This document shows, in pieces, positions 25,027-37,271 of a stretch of DNA of 64,000 nt. Under the pieces are notes generated by a model that saw only the letters and a list, made by a program, of their open reading frames with translations, ran no database searches and was not told where the DNA came from. Source of the stretch: Haliotis cracherodii. Taxonomy: Eukaryota. Numbering within the stretch: position 1 is the stretch's first letter; the number at the start of each line of letters is the position of its first letter. The translations under genes were made by a program, and so were the position numbers. The stretch is taken from positions 30,318,001 to 30,382,000 of the forward strand of contig NW_027266272.1 in the NCBI RefSeq assembly GCF_022045235.1, in the 5' to 3' direction.

Positions 25027-25470
25027 CGGTCTTGGCAACAGACAAACCCATACAGTATCTCTGCAAGCTCTTAGAGTGATTTACTTTTCACCTTCTGGAA
25101 TCTCAAGCATATTTTTTCCACTGAAAACAAACAGTCATCTCTATGCATAAACTGGGCTCCAAACGTCTCACTGTCACCAGATATGAAGCAATGACAATCA
25201 ACGTTGATGATCAACAACAATGTACCACAGTTTCACACACAATATTCACGCTGCTGCTGTTGCTGCTGCTGCAACTGGGCTATGTCTCTTAGGTTATTCC
25301 CTAAGCCTCTGTGTTAGTAGTACATTCAAGAGCTAGCAGCGGGGCAGCCGGGCGACCAATCAAGCAGCGGCTTGCGACACCAAGAGGTCAGGCTAACGAT
25401 GATAACGAAGATCGCAACTACAGGTCGCTCCTGTTTACTTCAGACCATCTGAAAGAAAACAAACAGCGCA
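25019..25470 (-). promoter_or_regulatory. ZC3H10 5' leader: candidate splice acceptors (exon starts 25448 and 25120), two uORFs, (CAG)n tract
   Basis: The minus strand has TGTTTGTTTTCTTTCAG|ATG at 25449 and TGACTGTTTGTTTTCAG|TGG at 25121, uORFs MLEIPEGEK* (25110-25081) and MGLSVAKTDE* (25051-25019), and CAG repeats at 25250-25272. Confidence 0.55.
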
Positions 25471-28400
25471 TTTAATTATCAGGTGCACCATAGCGCAAGT
25501 AATCTCTAACTTAGTCTTCAGAGTGTCTCGCCGCAGTTTAATATTTAAACGGGACCTTCAAACCTGTAAAAGACGTGTCAGCAAGCTTGTGTTATGCATG
25601 CTGACTTTACAATCAAGTTGATGTTTTAATCGAGACAGTTGGTGACACCATGGAGACGCTGCAGCGAAACTTTTAACCTGATGACTGCTTCACGGAATGA
25701 AATAGAATTTATTAAAAATGACTTTTTTTATATTTCATTCTCTTTCAGAATAAAGCTAGACCTGAATATATCTGCCAAATGAAAATAATTATTCACATGA
25801 CAGATAATAGGACATAAAATTCGTACATAGACTTGAAAAACTCATGCCACTTCAATTTTAAATGGTTGTGTTGAAAATAATAATGCTAACAACTGGATAT
25901 GATTATGTTAAAGTTATCTTATTTAAGTGATGTAAATAATCTGAATGGTACTGCTATGATAATAACACTAGACAAAGATTATCTATTCATAAAATGTGAG
26001 AAAATGTTTACATTTTACCAACACACACAAAAATAAAATATATACATATTCGAAATTTCAAAATTCCTTACATGTTAAACCTATAATAAAAAACCCTACA
26101 TAAATATAAAAAGATAAAAAAATCACAATGTCACTTCTGACAGAGTTAACTAGGGTAAAACTAATGAATCACATCAGCAAGTCATCAGGGTAAACGGTGA
26201 ACTACAAAACACATGACAGCTACCACACCAGACAGCCAATGAGAACAACAACAGAGCAGTGCAATGCATGAGTGAAGCTTACCAAGCAATCACAGGCGAC
26301 TGACACACTGCAGGGTAAAAGAGTGGTAAATGAGCATGCATGAGGGACCTCTTCTTCTGCTGCTGCTGCAGGCAGGTGAAGATGCCGACCCCTGGTGAGC
26401 AGGGCTGCTGGGGAACATCTAACGCCTGGCGCCTTCATCAAAAGCTAATTTCTTAGGTCTGTCAACATTTTTGGATGATTTGGATGATTTTGTTAATGAC
26501 AGAACCTAATTCTGGTTTTGCCTTTGTTTATGAGAGAAACACACATGCTATTTTTTTACCTTGTTTATGAGAAACACAAATGTAGTTTTAACAAAATCCT
26601 TTGTTACAGAGTTGCGTGTTTGTTTTCTCTATTAATACTGAAAACAATTTAGTTGTGTTAAAGCCCAAAACGGACATAAACTATTACAAATGAATAAATG
26701 TTTGTCGGAAAGATAGCTCCGACATAAACCAGATCTGCTTCTGGCTGTGACAGTGAACACTTCCTTCTCAGAGTAACTGCTTGTGTGCAATGTGAGAATA
26801 CATATACAAAGATTTATTTGGTTCATTGTATTGCAGACACTATTTCCAGATATAAAAAGATATGATAAAATCTCCAATAAACATATGTCACCCGTGTAAC
26901 GATCCTGTGGCAACAGGTGACATCAAACATAAAAAACACCAGGAAAATGAAAACCCTTTATGTATGTCACTAGTTTCAATAAATCTTTCTCTGGCTACAG
27001 ATGTGAAATATCAAATGTGCAGATGAAGAGACCCCCCCATCCAGAATGTAAATCAATACTTGGACTTGCATTCAATTAAAAGTTGAACTGGAAACCGAAA
27101 TTCTTATCCCAAGTACTGATCACAAAGATGCAGGAGCTGCAGTTGATGAAAGGACGTAGGCTTGTGTCATGCATCAATGTATATTCCCATGGAAGGATCC
27201 AAGAAAACTGTCCTCTAAAAGTCAACAGCATTGTTTTAATCTGTATTTACTGAACCAAAAACTCTATCGTCAAACAGACAGCATTATTCAGTTCAGGTAA
27301 GTCAAGCTCCCTATACAAACGCCCTGAACTTCGAAAGGTGACCCAGAAGTAACATCTCATATAATGGACATATAGGCTTTCATACAGGTGTTTCATTAAA
27401 TTTGTCTCAGAATTTGGTAAAAGCTACTTTGAACAGTATTTCAGTCACATCATGGCAGTCAGCTTCATGTGGGAGGAAAGCTGATAGGTATGGTACTGAC
27501 AAACCTATACACATAACCAGGCCTAGGTCTAATCTCAGATTAGACCCGACAATCAAAGGTTTCTGGCCTGCATAAGGGATGCAACTGCACAGCAAATTCT
27601 AGCACCTAGGTGGGTCAACCATGCCCTTAAGTTCTTTAAGATATTTGCTCATTAAAAACAGATTCCCTAACACTCACTATACACTATTTGCAGCCAATAT
27701 TTGACTACTTCACAACGCTGTAAACCTGATAATGATGAGTGTATTGCAATGTCTTGGCAATCAGACAAAGAATATCACTCTTCAGAATAGAAATTACATT
27801 CATTCTTATGGACAACAGCTGATATATTTGATGAAACAAAGGCTTCATAGGCCTGAAATTTAGACACTCTTGGTTCCCTTCATCAAGATGCTGTGACAGC
27901 CAGGGATGTTGGTCATCAAAACAACAACAGCTTCTTTGACCCAGGCTGATGCAATATTGCTGGAATATTGCTGGGTGTGCCGTGACACAACATCCACTCT
28001 AACAGGCAATAACAACCAAAGTACATATCCAACACAGAAAAAGTCTGCATGGAATAATGAGTTTTCCCTCTTATTATACTAAGCTGAAAGAAGCAGTAGC
28101 TGCTTGACAAGTAAGTGTGTCTTGATCATGAGGTATTACAGCAAAGAATCTCTGACATACTCGTGACATAAAGCTTTGAACAATTTGTGAAACTGCAAAG
28201 ACCTGATGTTTTGACCAGAAAAGTTTCTATGAGACCTGTGACTTTTGGTTTGTTTCACTGGTGCTACTGGATATCTGAGGAACGTTGTCAGTGGGCAAGA
28301 GCTATGAAGCAGTCAAACAAGACTAACTTCACACTGGATCTGTTTCCCTCTCCAGTCATCCCTATGAAGCCATCCATATCATATTGATTGTTCTTTGTCT

Positions 28401-29465
28401 CCATGCTTAACTTCAGAGGATGTGGTCAGTCAGAGTAATAAGAAATTAAACTGACATCAGAAGGAAACAAAAAATTTTTTTTTCAAATAACTAAAAATTG
28501 GAAACCTGCCTTTGGTTGGGAATATAACTGATAAATTCTGTTGCTTAAGATATATGGAAAACATGTCCTAATTTGATTATTGTAACACAACAGGTGCAGT
28601 GCTGGTGTTGACAGCCCTAAAGATATAACACAGGGGGCTAAAAAGATTTTTTTAAAAGTAACAGGCAGATTTACTTTCTATCTTCGTACTTCCTTACAAT
28701 TAAATACCCCAAAGATTATTTTTATGAAACATTTTATGAACCCATTATAAAAAATTAAGGTTTTGACAAGACAAATTCAAGCCTGTGAATGGATGGATAT
28801 AAAAAAAATGAATCTTGCTTTGGCAGTACAGTAATTTAGGACCTACCGAGTGGTGATGAGAACAAGAAAATATATAGATGGCCTGATAACACTCTCCACC
28901 ACTATCACCAGTATCCAGTGTTGGCACTTCCTATCAAGTACCACCTCACACATCAGTATTGTGATAGTACTGTATACGACACTGTTTTACAGGCATACAA
29001 CGCCTACCATGACCAATGTTTTCACATGATCAGTTAGATCCACCCGAGGGAATGTCAGATAGGACACCAGTGGGGCAGGGGCGGGGGCGGCGGGCACATT
29101 GCCAAGAGGTTCTCGTATCACTACAGTATCACAAACATCACCTTGCCAGCAGGAAACATGCATTGAAGATAAGACCACAATAATTTAATTATGTGATTTC
29201 CACCCAAATCTTCACAAAATGTAAGGAGGCATACATATTAGACTTGCATAAGTCTCTATAATAATTATTACTTTAAATCATAATTTCTAGATTGTATAAA
29301 TAATAAGAACAAATTGTCAATATAAATGACAGGAACTAAAAGCGCTCACCTTATAAAGTATTTCTTTGTGTGTTTTTGTTCAAAGTGTTCAAAACATCTG
29401 TGTGCAAAAGCTATCAATGGATGTGATTAACATGAAGCTGGAATGCTTGGTTGTACTTGCATGGT

Positions 29466-29707
29466 GACCCGTGAAGATACGGGGTAGAATAGATCTTCAG
29501 TAACCCATGCTTAAAAGGCGACTATGCTAGTCGTAAGAGGTGACTAATGGGATTGGGTGGTCAGGCTCGCTGACATGGTTGGTGCATGTCGCAATTGTGT
29601 GGATCGATGCTCATGATTGTCTGGTCCAGACTCAATTATTTACAGACCGCCGTCATATAGCTGGAATATTGCTGAGTGCGGCTTTAAACAACAAATAAAC
29701 AAACAAA
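29466..29707 (+). mobile_element. Family C retroposon, full-length
   Basis: TSD ACTTGCATGGT (29455-29465) / ACTTGTATGGT (29708-29718); starts at the same GACCCGTGAAG nucleotide as the copy at 376. Confidence 0.9.
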
Positions 29708-30539
29708 ACTTGTATGGTGTATTTCATGGAAATATACGTTACAAATATCATTTTGGCTGTTCTGTACTTGGGTAAATAGTGATGAGCGGCAGTTACGTGT
29801 TTGGTGTTGAGATGGGCAGGAATGAAAATCTGCTGTAACTAATCATGGCCTCAGTGCTTCAGTGTCGTATCACTTCAACACATTCACCGTGATGTTGTGT
29901 AGACAATAGCACAAAGAGGCATTAATGGGAAAATGTTACCTTAAACAAAATTTAACAAGATAAATAGATTCAATATTCAACTGGAGTCAAAATACTACTC
30001 TCGTAATAGATTTTCTTGGGAGGGTAAAAATTGTCTGATTAGATTTGCCAGCTCAGGGGAAAAGAATCTGATAACTAAAGTATCATTGAAAAAAGGGCAA
30101 TCTTTATCATTCTGCTCCATATCTCAATGTTCTATTTGTGTGACAACGTTCAGTGAAACATTATTGAAATGTATTCAATCTTAAATATACAGATAGGTTA
30201 GCTAGAAGCTGCGGTAAAACTAATCACTGTTCCTTCCTTTCCATGCTTGAACTAAAGTAGCAAATAATTGCTTTACATTACCTTTGATCTCACATAAATG
30301 ACGTAAAAGAAAATGGCTTTACATAACATGGTAAAAATTGAAATGGAGAAAAATTGATTCATATTACTTCTATGACATCAATCAAAAGAAAAGGGCAAGT
30401 GCATTCCAGGACATATTCAGGTTTCCAGCATCTGGATGTAGAGAGCAATAATGAGTACCGGTATACATTACCGTTCAATTGTCGAGACGCAGTCATAAGG
30501 AATTAGAAAATCTTAATACATCTTTTATGCATGTTCTGA

Positions 30540-30745
30540 TGTGTGTTTAACCCCACGCTCAACAATATTCCAGCTATATGATGGTTACCTGTAGATAATC
30601 AAGTCTGGACCAGACAAACCAGTGATTGACATCCTAAGCATCAACCCGCACAATTGGGATGTGATGAGATGCAAGGCATGAAGCCTGACCACCGGATCCA
30701 TTTGGTCAACTCGCAACCAGCATAGGTTGCTGGTGACCTATTTTT
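30540..30745 (-). mobile_element. Family C retroposon, degraded, head disrupted by a family B SINE
   Basis: AACAATATTCCAGCTATATG, GTCTGGACCAGACAA, GCCTGACCACC, GTTGCTGGTGACCTATT. Confidence 0.75.
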
Positions 30746-30758
30746 AAGTGGAATCAGA

Positions 30759-30995
30759 GGGAGTGAGTTGGGTTTAAAGCCACTTTTAACAGTATTCCAG
30801 TTATATATCACGGCGTGTCAGCTTAATGAGGGAGGAAAGCCCGAAGTGATGCGGGTCTCAGACGTTTACCACTTCAGTAAAACCCACAAGAACGGGAATG
30901 GTGCTGACAAACCTAGAAAAATAATCGGGGCGACTCTGCACAGAGTCTGCACAGCGAATCGCGGTGCCTTAGACAACTGGGCCACCTGTGCCCCC
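30759..30995 (-). mobile_element. SINE family B (internal deletion removing the B box)
   Basis: TSD AAGTGGAATCAGA at 30746-30758 and 30996-31008. Confidence 0.92.
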
Positions 30996-31291
30996 AAGTG
31001 GAATCAGAACAGAGGATATCTGAATTAACACATCGACCTATAAAACCTTACATAAAAACAGTCATGCATTAACAAATCTTCTAGAAGCTATTTAGACTTG
31101 TTAGTATGGTGACATTTGAAACTACTGTTAGAAAGATATTACTGTACTGATATGACTCTCTCAGATGTGAAGCAAGAGTGCAGCTTATTCGTCTTCTCCA
31201 TCAACTACACAACCACTAATTCAGAAACTATCATGGGTATTTTAAGTCATCTACCAGTTTGATTAGTGTATGTAATCATAATTGCATGACA

Positions 31292-31579
31292 GTGAGTGAG
31301 TGAGTTGGGTTTAACGCCGCTTTTAACAGTATTCCAGTTATATCACGGCGTGTCAGCTTAATGTGGGAGGAAAGCCCGAAGTGATGCAGGTCTCAGATGT
31401 TTACCAGTTCGGTTGAAACCCATGAGCACGGGTATGGTGGTATGGTGCTGACAAACCTAGAAACATAATCGGGGCAAACCGGGATTCGAACCCACAATCA
31501 TAGGTTTCTGGCGTGCCCAAGGGACGCAACTCTGCACATCGAATCGTGGCGCCTTAGACGACTGGGCCACCCGTGCCCC
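31292..31579 (-). mobile_element. SINE family B, full-length
   Basis: TSD GCATGACA; nearly identical to the reverse complement of 35347-35630. Confidence 0.95.
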
Positions 31580-32386
31580 GCATGACAATGACAAGAATCA
31601 GGCCTCTTCCCCATCAGAAGACAAACATTTGTCACCTGCTACACTCAGCTACTGAGACAGAAGTCCATTAATTATCTACCTGCTAGAGAGTTGCGGAGCC
31701 AGGAATATTAATGTGAACCATCACTGAAGACATTTTATTGACAAAATGTATCACTATGTAACTCTGTAAATTGAAATTGACAGCAAAATGATTTTTCTCT
31801 TTCTACTGAAACCATCACAGTCAGATCACAACTTGCAACTGACTAGATCATCAACCTCCTTACATTACAGGTCATGATGCTTGCTTGACAACTACCGATT
31901 GTCAGTTGACTGTAGAATCTGTTGCCACCTCCAGCAAGTTTGAGGCCATATCCTTCAACCCTAGCACCTAAACACATTCTATAACTGCCACCTCAAGGAG
32001 ACAAGTATCCAAGCATTGTCTACACAAATACTCCATCACTGTCTAGACACAACCAGATCAAGTGCTCAACTCTCTCCACCAAAGAGTCTTCGGTAGTTTC
32101 TGTAGTCCAAGGGATGTTTTCAGTTGTATTGGTACAGTCTATGAATTACATTCTGAGCCACAAGCTGGAAGCCTGAGTGTCAATCCCTTTCAGTCTAATA
32201 AACTCTAATAAACTTAAATAAAGCCACATGTTAAGAAGACCGATATGTATACTTGGCCTGTCATAATTACTCAGATAACCATTTATGGTTTGAACAGAAT
32301 TCCTAACCCGTTCGAAAATGTGCAAGTACATATTCATTATCCCACCTTAATATTATTAATAATTATTGGCAGTTACGTTTATATTA

Positions 32387-32543
32387 GTGAGTATGTTTTA
32401 CGCCGCTTTTAGCAATATTCCAGCAATATCACGGCGGGGGACACCAGAAATGGGCTTCACACATTGTACCCATGTTGGGAATCGAACCCGGGTCTTCGGC
32501 GTGACGAGCGAACGCTTTAACCACTAGGCTACCCGACCGCCCC
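32387..32543 (-). mobile_element. SINE family A, young full-length copy (157 bp)
   Basis: Perfect 13-bp TSD TACGTTTATATTA (32374-32386, 32544-32556); intact A box TAGCCTAGTGG and B box GGTTCGATTCC; GTC anticodon-like loop. Confidence 0.95.
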
Positions 32544-32934
32544 TACGTTTATATTAATATTGCTACAATAAGAAGTTTTCACTATAAAATATCTATAAAA
32601 AGTATCCAAAGTTTGCAACAGTCTATCAGTGGTAGCTTGCACTGGAGATGGTTTGAATATTTTTATATCATGAAAACAGTCAATTGCATACAAAACGGTT
32701 TCAGTAAGACGAGAAACCGGTTTAAGTATTTTCAAAACAAGATGTCTCTAATATCTACAGGAAAAGTCTGCAAGACAAGTTCTGAAAATGTCACTAATTT
32801 GAACCAGCTGGTAGTGGTCAAAGAAAAGGTGCCTAGCTAACAATACAATACCTCTATTAAGAGGGCTTAACAGGACTGTACCCATTATTACACCACTTGA
32901 TCACAATGTGTTATTTTAACAGCAAATGTAAATG

Positions 32935-33282
32935 AACCTCTCTGTGATCTAGTGGATACAGCATCTGCCCGGAGAGCAGAAGGTCAGTGGTTTCGATCCC
33001 CTGTCGTGTCATAGCAAAAGATGTTATAAAAAAGTAACTGTTGTTATCCTGCCTGTTGATCGGCATTAATGGGAAAAAACAAGGACTGGTAGGCTTGCAG
33101 TCTATGTTTCTGAGTTGGCTATCCATGGTGGCATGGTATCTCAGTGGGTTAATAATTAGCACTATAATACTACTGGCATTGATCCATACCAACAGAAGCA
33201 GCCACACACCTACATGCATGCATGTCACTACATAAGTGCAATCATCTTGAACGTGCCATTAAACCCCATTTCACCTCACCCC
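32935..33282 (+). mobile_element. SINE family D (Meta-like), diverged
   Basis: tRNA-like head (GTGATCTAGTGGATA...TTCGATCCC), GTCATAGCAAAAGATGTTATAAAAAAG core, GTGGCATGGTATCTCAGTGGG, tail AAACCCCATTTCACCTC. Confidence 0.8.
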
Positions 33283-33941
33283 ACCTACATGTAACTCAAA
33301 GGAACCAAGGTTATCTGTTTACAAGCCGTTCATACTGTCCTCTGCAACCAATGCTTTGTCTATCACTCGTGCCCTTTGATATGTGTCTTACTCTGCACAG
33401 ATCCAGGCGAAGTAGCTTGACATTCACAAGGCTCTCCAACTGTTTTTCTTCAAGTCTCGACTCTCTAATGAAAGCCCACCAAGGATGGCTAAGCTCCTAT
33501 GCCCCAAACCACAGGCATAGAACATATTTTTATTTGTGTACAGCTACGAATTCCTGTGCCCCATGACACCACCAAGCAAAGTTGTTTTGTGCTCTACTGT
33601 TTACAGCAACTTGTAGTCTTGCCTGTAAATATTTCACTTTTCTTTACATTATTGATTGAGGTAAGTTATCTTGATCTTCCTGAGGTCTTTATAAAAAAAA
33701 ATGAATTTAGTCTGCATTGGCTCGATGACCTATCATGAGTTACTTCAGGGTTCAATAACTTCTGTGTGTTCAGATAGGGCATATCTGGATGCCACAGTGA
33801 CCTACTTGAGGGGCATAACCCTATGGGGATTACTGAGATAGGGAGGGCAGTTGTGTCCTTGGGTGCAGCGCATAACATGATTCTGTGAAAACACTGAAGA
33901 TGATGCATAATCCAGGGTCAGGGGAGACTTCTGTCTCCTGT

Positions 33942-34217
33942 CTGTGTGTGTGAGGGTTTACACCGCTTTTAACAGTATTTCAGTTATATCGCAGCGTGTC
34001 AGCTCAATGTGGGAGGAAAGTCCGAAGTGATGCAGGTCTCAGACATTTACTACTTCGGTGAAACCCACGAGCACGGGTATGGTGCTGACAAACTTAGAAA
34101 CATAATCGGGGCAAACCGAGATTCGAACCCACAATCATAGGTATCTGGCGTGCCCAAGGGACGCAACTCTGTACAGCGAATCGCGGCGCCTTAGACGACT
34201 GGGCCACCCGTGCCCCC
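33942..34217 (-). mobile_element. SINE family B, full-length
   Basis: TSD TCTGTCTCCTGT / TCTGCCTCCTGT; high similarity to the other B copies. Confidence 0.93.
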
Positions 34218-34394
34218 TCTGCCTCCTGTGAGTGTAAATGTGACTGGTGATATAAAATGTGTGACAATGTTTACCATTTGACCATGGCTTGGTGCTGACA
34301 ACCCAAAGATCACAAGCTGGATGAATGATGGGTTTGAACCCAGAACCAGTTGGCTTAGCAGACAGATTGACAGACAGACACCTGACTGGATAAA

Positions 34395-34529
34395 GCTTTT
34401 GCTCATCACGCCAAAGGCTCAGGTTCAATTCCCCATGTAGGTACAATGTGCGAAACCCATTCCTAGTGTCCCCTGCCGTGATACTGCTGGAATATTGCTA
34501 AAAGCGGTATAAAACCATACTCACTCACT
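34395..34529 (+). mobile_element. SINE family A, 5'-degraded
   Basis: GGTTCAATTCCCCATGTAGGTACAATGTGCGAAACCC...GCCGTGATACTGCTGGAATATTGCTAAAAGCGG...ACTCACTCACT. Confidence 0.85.
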
Positions 34530-35346
34530 AGGCTATCACACACCTCCCCACACTAAACATGCTGATGAGATAACCCCATAAACTTAACACTAACCACGTC
34601 AACTGACAAGCTGGACACACCATGACCGGGTGACCACCATCACTGTCAATACTACACTACCACCAATACCACCCACCACCTCCAACCCCAATTATCAATA
34701 TCTTCAACCCCAATACCACCAGCACCTCCAAACCACCTATAACCTATTTCCATTCCCTCTATCTGTGAACAATTGAAATGGCAATGTAACAACACGAGGT
34801 GTGCATGGAAACATACACAAGTTTCACATGTATCATCAGACCCCTAGATTATCACTGCAATTGCATCGCTGGCAAAGTGTCCAATATAACACAGCCCCCT
34901 GGTGGCCTAATGATCAATGTCAGTTTTCCCAACAAAATGTCATAGATAAGACATATTTGGAAAAAAATACCAAATATTTATTACCTGCAAAACATACATG
35001 AGAGATACCCTAAACAAGCTACCTACCACCAAACAGCTCCCGGGCTAGAGTTGTGGCTACACCTCTTTGCTTTAGCACCTCACAGACATGATCTTTAGAT
35101 GCATAAATTTTACATAGACTCGGCACCAATCTGCTGTCTAGACAAAATACACAACTGTCAACATTGTCCTAATTTTATTTACTACAAATTATCCCTGATA
35201 TTGAGAAGGGAAGCTCCGTTCATGTGCAAAAGTGGGACCCGAAAATATTGACATTTCTTCTAACATCATCAGATCACCTTACTTCACCATGCTTGTCAGT
35301 AGGCTGAGAACATAAACAAAGTATTCCACCTTGTTCCTCCAGCAAA

Positions 35347-35630
35347 GGGGGCACGGGTGGCCCAGTCGTCTAAGGCGCCGCGATTCGCTGTGCAGAGTTG
35401 CGTCCCTTGGGCACGCCAGAAACCTATGATTGAGGGTTCGAATCCCGGTTCGCCCCAATTATGTTTCTAGGTTTGTCAGCACCATACCCGTGCTCGTGGG
35501 TTTCACCGAAGTGGTAAACGTCTGAGACCTGCATCACTTCGGGCTTTCCTCCCACATTAAGCTGACACGCCGCGATATAACTGGAATATTGTTAAAAGCG
35601 GCGTTAAACCCAACTCACTCACTCACTCAC
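35347..35630 (+). mobile_element. SINE family B, young full-length reference copy
   Basis: TSD TCCTCCAGCAAA (35335-35346, 35631-35642); A box TGGCCCAGTCGTCTAAGGCGC, B box GGTTCGAATCCC, (ACTC)n tail. Confidence 0.96.
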
Positions 35631-36103
35631 TCCTCCAGCAAAGGCAGGCAGTGTAGCTTACCCGCAAATGTCAAATGAGCTGAGTCGGAATGCTGTAAGA
35701 TGTAGGTGTGTGTGAAAGCAAGACATTCACCATTTTCTCCATAGCTGTGGGCAAAATTACTTAAAAAAATGTCATCCTGATGTTCTTAGAAGAGATCTAC
35801 CGGTAGTTTGTATCATGCAACTTTAATATTTGACATCTGATACAAAATGTTTTAGGTGCAAGATCTGATAAGCACTTTCATATCAGAGCCCACATCCTGA
35901 TGTGGATATTCATTTGAAATTATATTTGATATGTATTAAATATATAAAAAGAGGTGTTTGGTGTTTCTTGTGGAGTTTTAACATACCAGTGCGTGGGTGT
36001 TTGTAAAGAGATGAGTTGTTTCTCCCAAGTTCCTCTAGGAAATGAGAAAGGTGTGAGCAAACATGTCAAAACCATGACAAGCAGGCTGTTAGCTCGTGTA
36101 CAA

Positions 36104-37271
36104 TTTGTCTGTACTATTTAACCAATGGAACACCTTGCAAACCTTGTGTCTACTATTTAACCAGTGAAACAACAACTTGCAAATCTTGTGTCTATCATTT
36201 AACCAATGAAATACCATCATACAAATCTTGTGTCTATCATTTAACCAATGAAACAACATCATAAAAACCTTGTGTCTATCATTTAACCAATGAAACAACA
36301 CCTTGCAAACCTTGTGTCTATCATTTAACCAATGAAACAACAACTTGCAAGCCTTGTGTCTATCATTTAACCAATGAAACAACAACTTGCAAATCTTGTG
36401 TCTACTATTTAACCAATGAAACAACATCTTGCAAACCTTGTGTCTATCATTTAACCAATGAAACAACACCTTGCAAATCTTGTGTCTACCATTTAACCAA
36501 TGAAACAACATCATACAAACCTTGTGTCTATCATTTAACCAATGAAACAACACCTTGCAAATCTTGTGTCTATCATTTAACCAATGAAACAACAACTTGC
36601 AAATCTTGTGTCTACTATTTAACCAATGAAACAACATCTTGCAAATCTTGTGTCTATCATTTAACCAATTAAACAACAACTTGCAAATCTTGTGTCTACT
36701 ATTTAACCAAGGAAACAACATCTTGCAAATCTTGTGTCTATCATTTAACCAATTAAACAACAACTTGCAAATCTTGTGTCTACTATTTAACCAATGAAAC
36801 AACATCATACAAACCTTGTGTCTATATCATTTAACCAATGAAACAACATCTTGCAAATCTTGTGTCTACTATTTAACCAAGGAAACAACATCTTGCAAAT
36901 CTTGTGTCTATCATTTAACCAATTAAACAACAACTTGCAAATCTTGTGTCTATCATTTAGCCAATGAAACAACATCTTGCAAACCTTGTGTCTACTATTT
37001 AACCAATGAAACAACATCTTGCAAATCTTGTGTCTATCATTTAACCAATGAAACAACAACTTGCAAATCTTGTGTCTATCATTTAACCAATTAAACAACA
37101 TCATACAAACCTTGTGTCTATATCATTTAACCAATGAAACAACATCTTGCAAATCTTGTGTCTACTATTTAACCAATGAAACAACAACTTGCAAACCTTG
37201 TGCCTCCCATTTAACCAATTAAACAACAACTTGCAAATCTTGTGTCTATCATTTAACCAATGAAACAACAA
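36104..37271. repeat. Minisatellite, 42-bp unit, ~28 copies
   Basis: Unit TTTAACCAATGAAACAACAACTTGCAAATCTTGTGTCTATCA; 14-aa periodic ORFs. Confidence 0.97.

Noticed and set aside
25027-25038. ORF-track start at 25038 for ZC3H10
   Set aside because: It is a TTG codon; the first ATG is at 25026.
32470-32543. Possible tRNA-Asp gene
   Set aside because: The acceptor stem does not pair, there is no T-run terminator, and it continues into a SINE body with a TSD.
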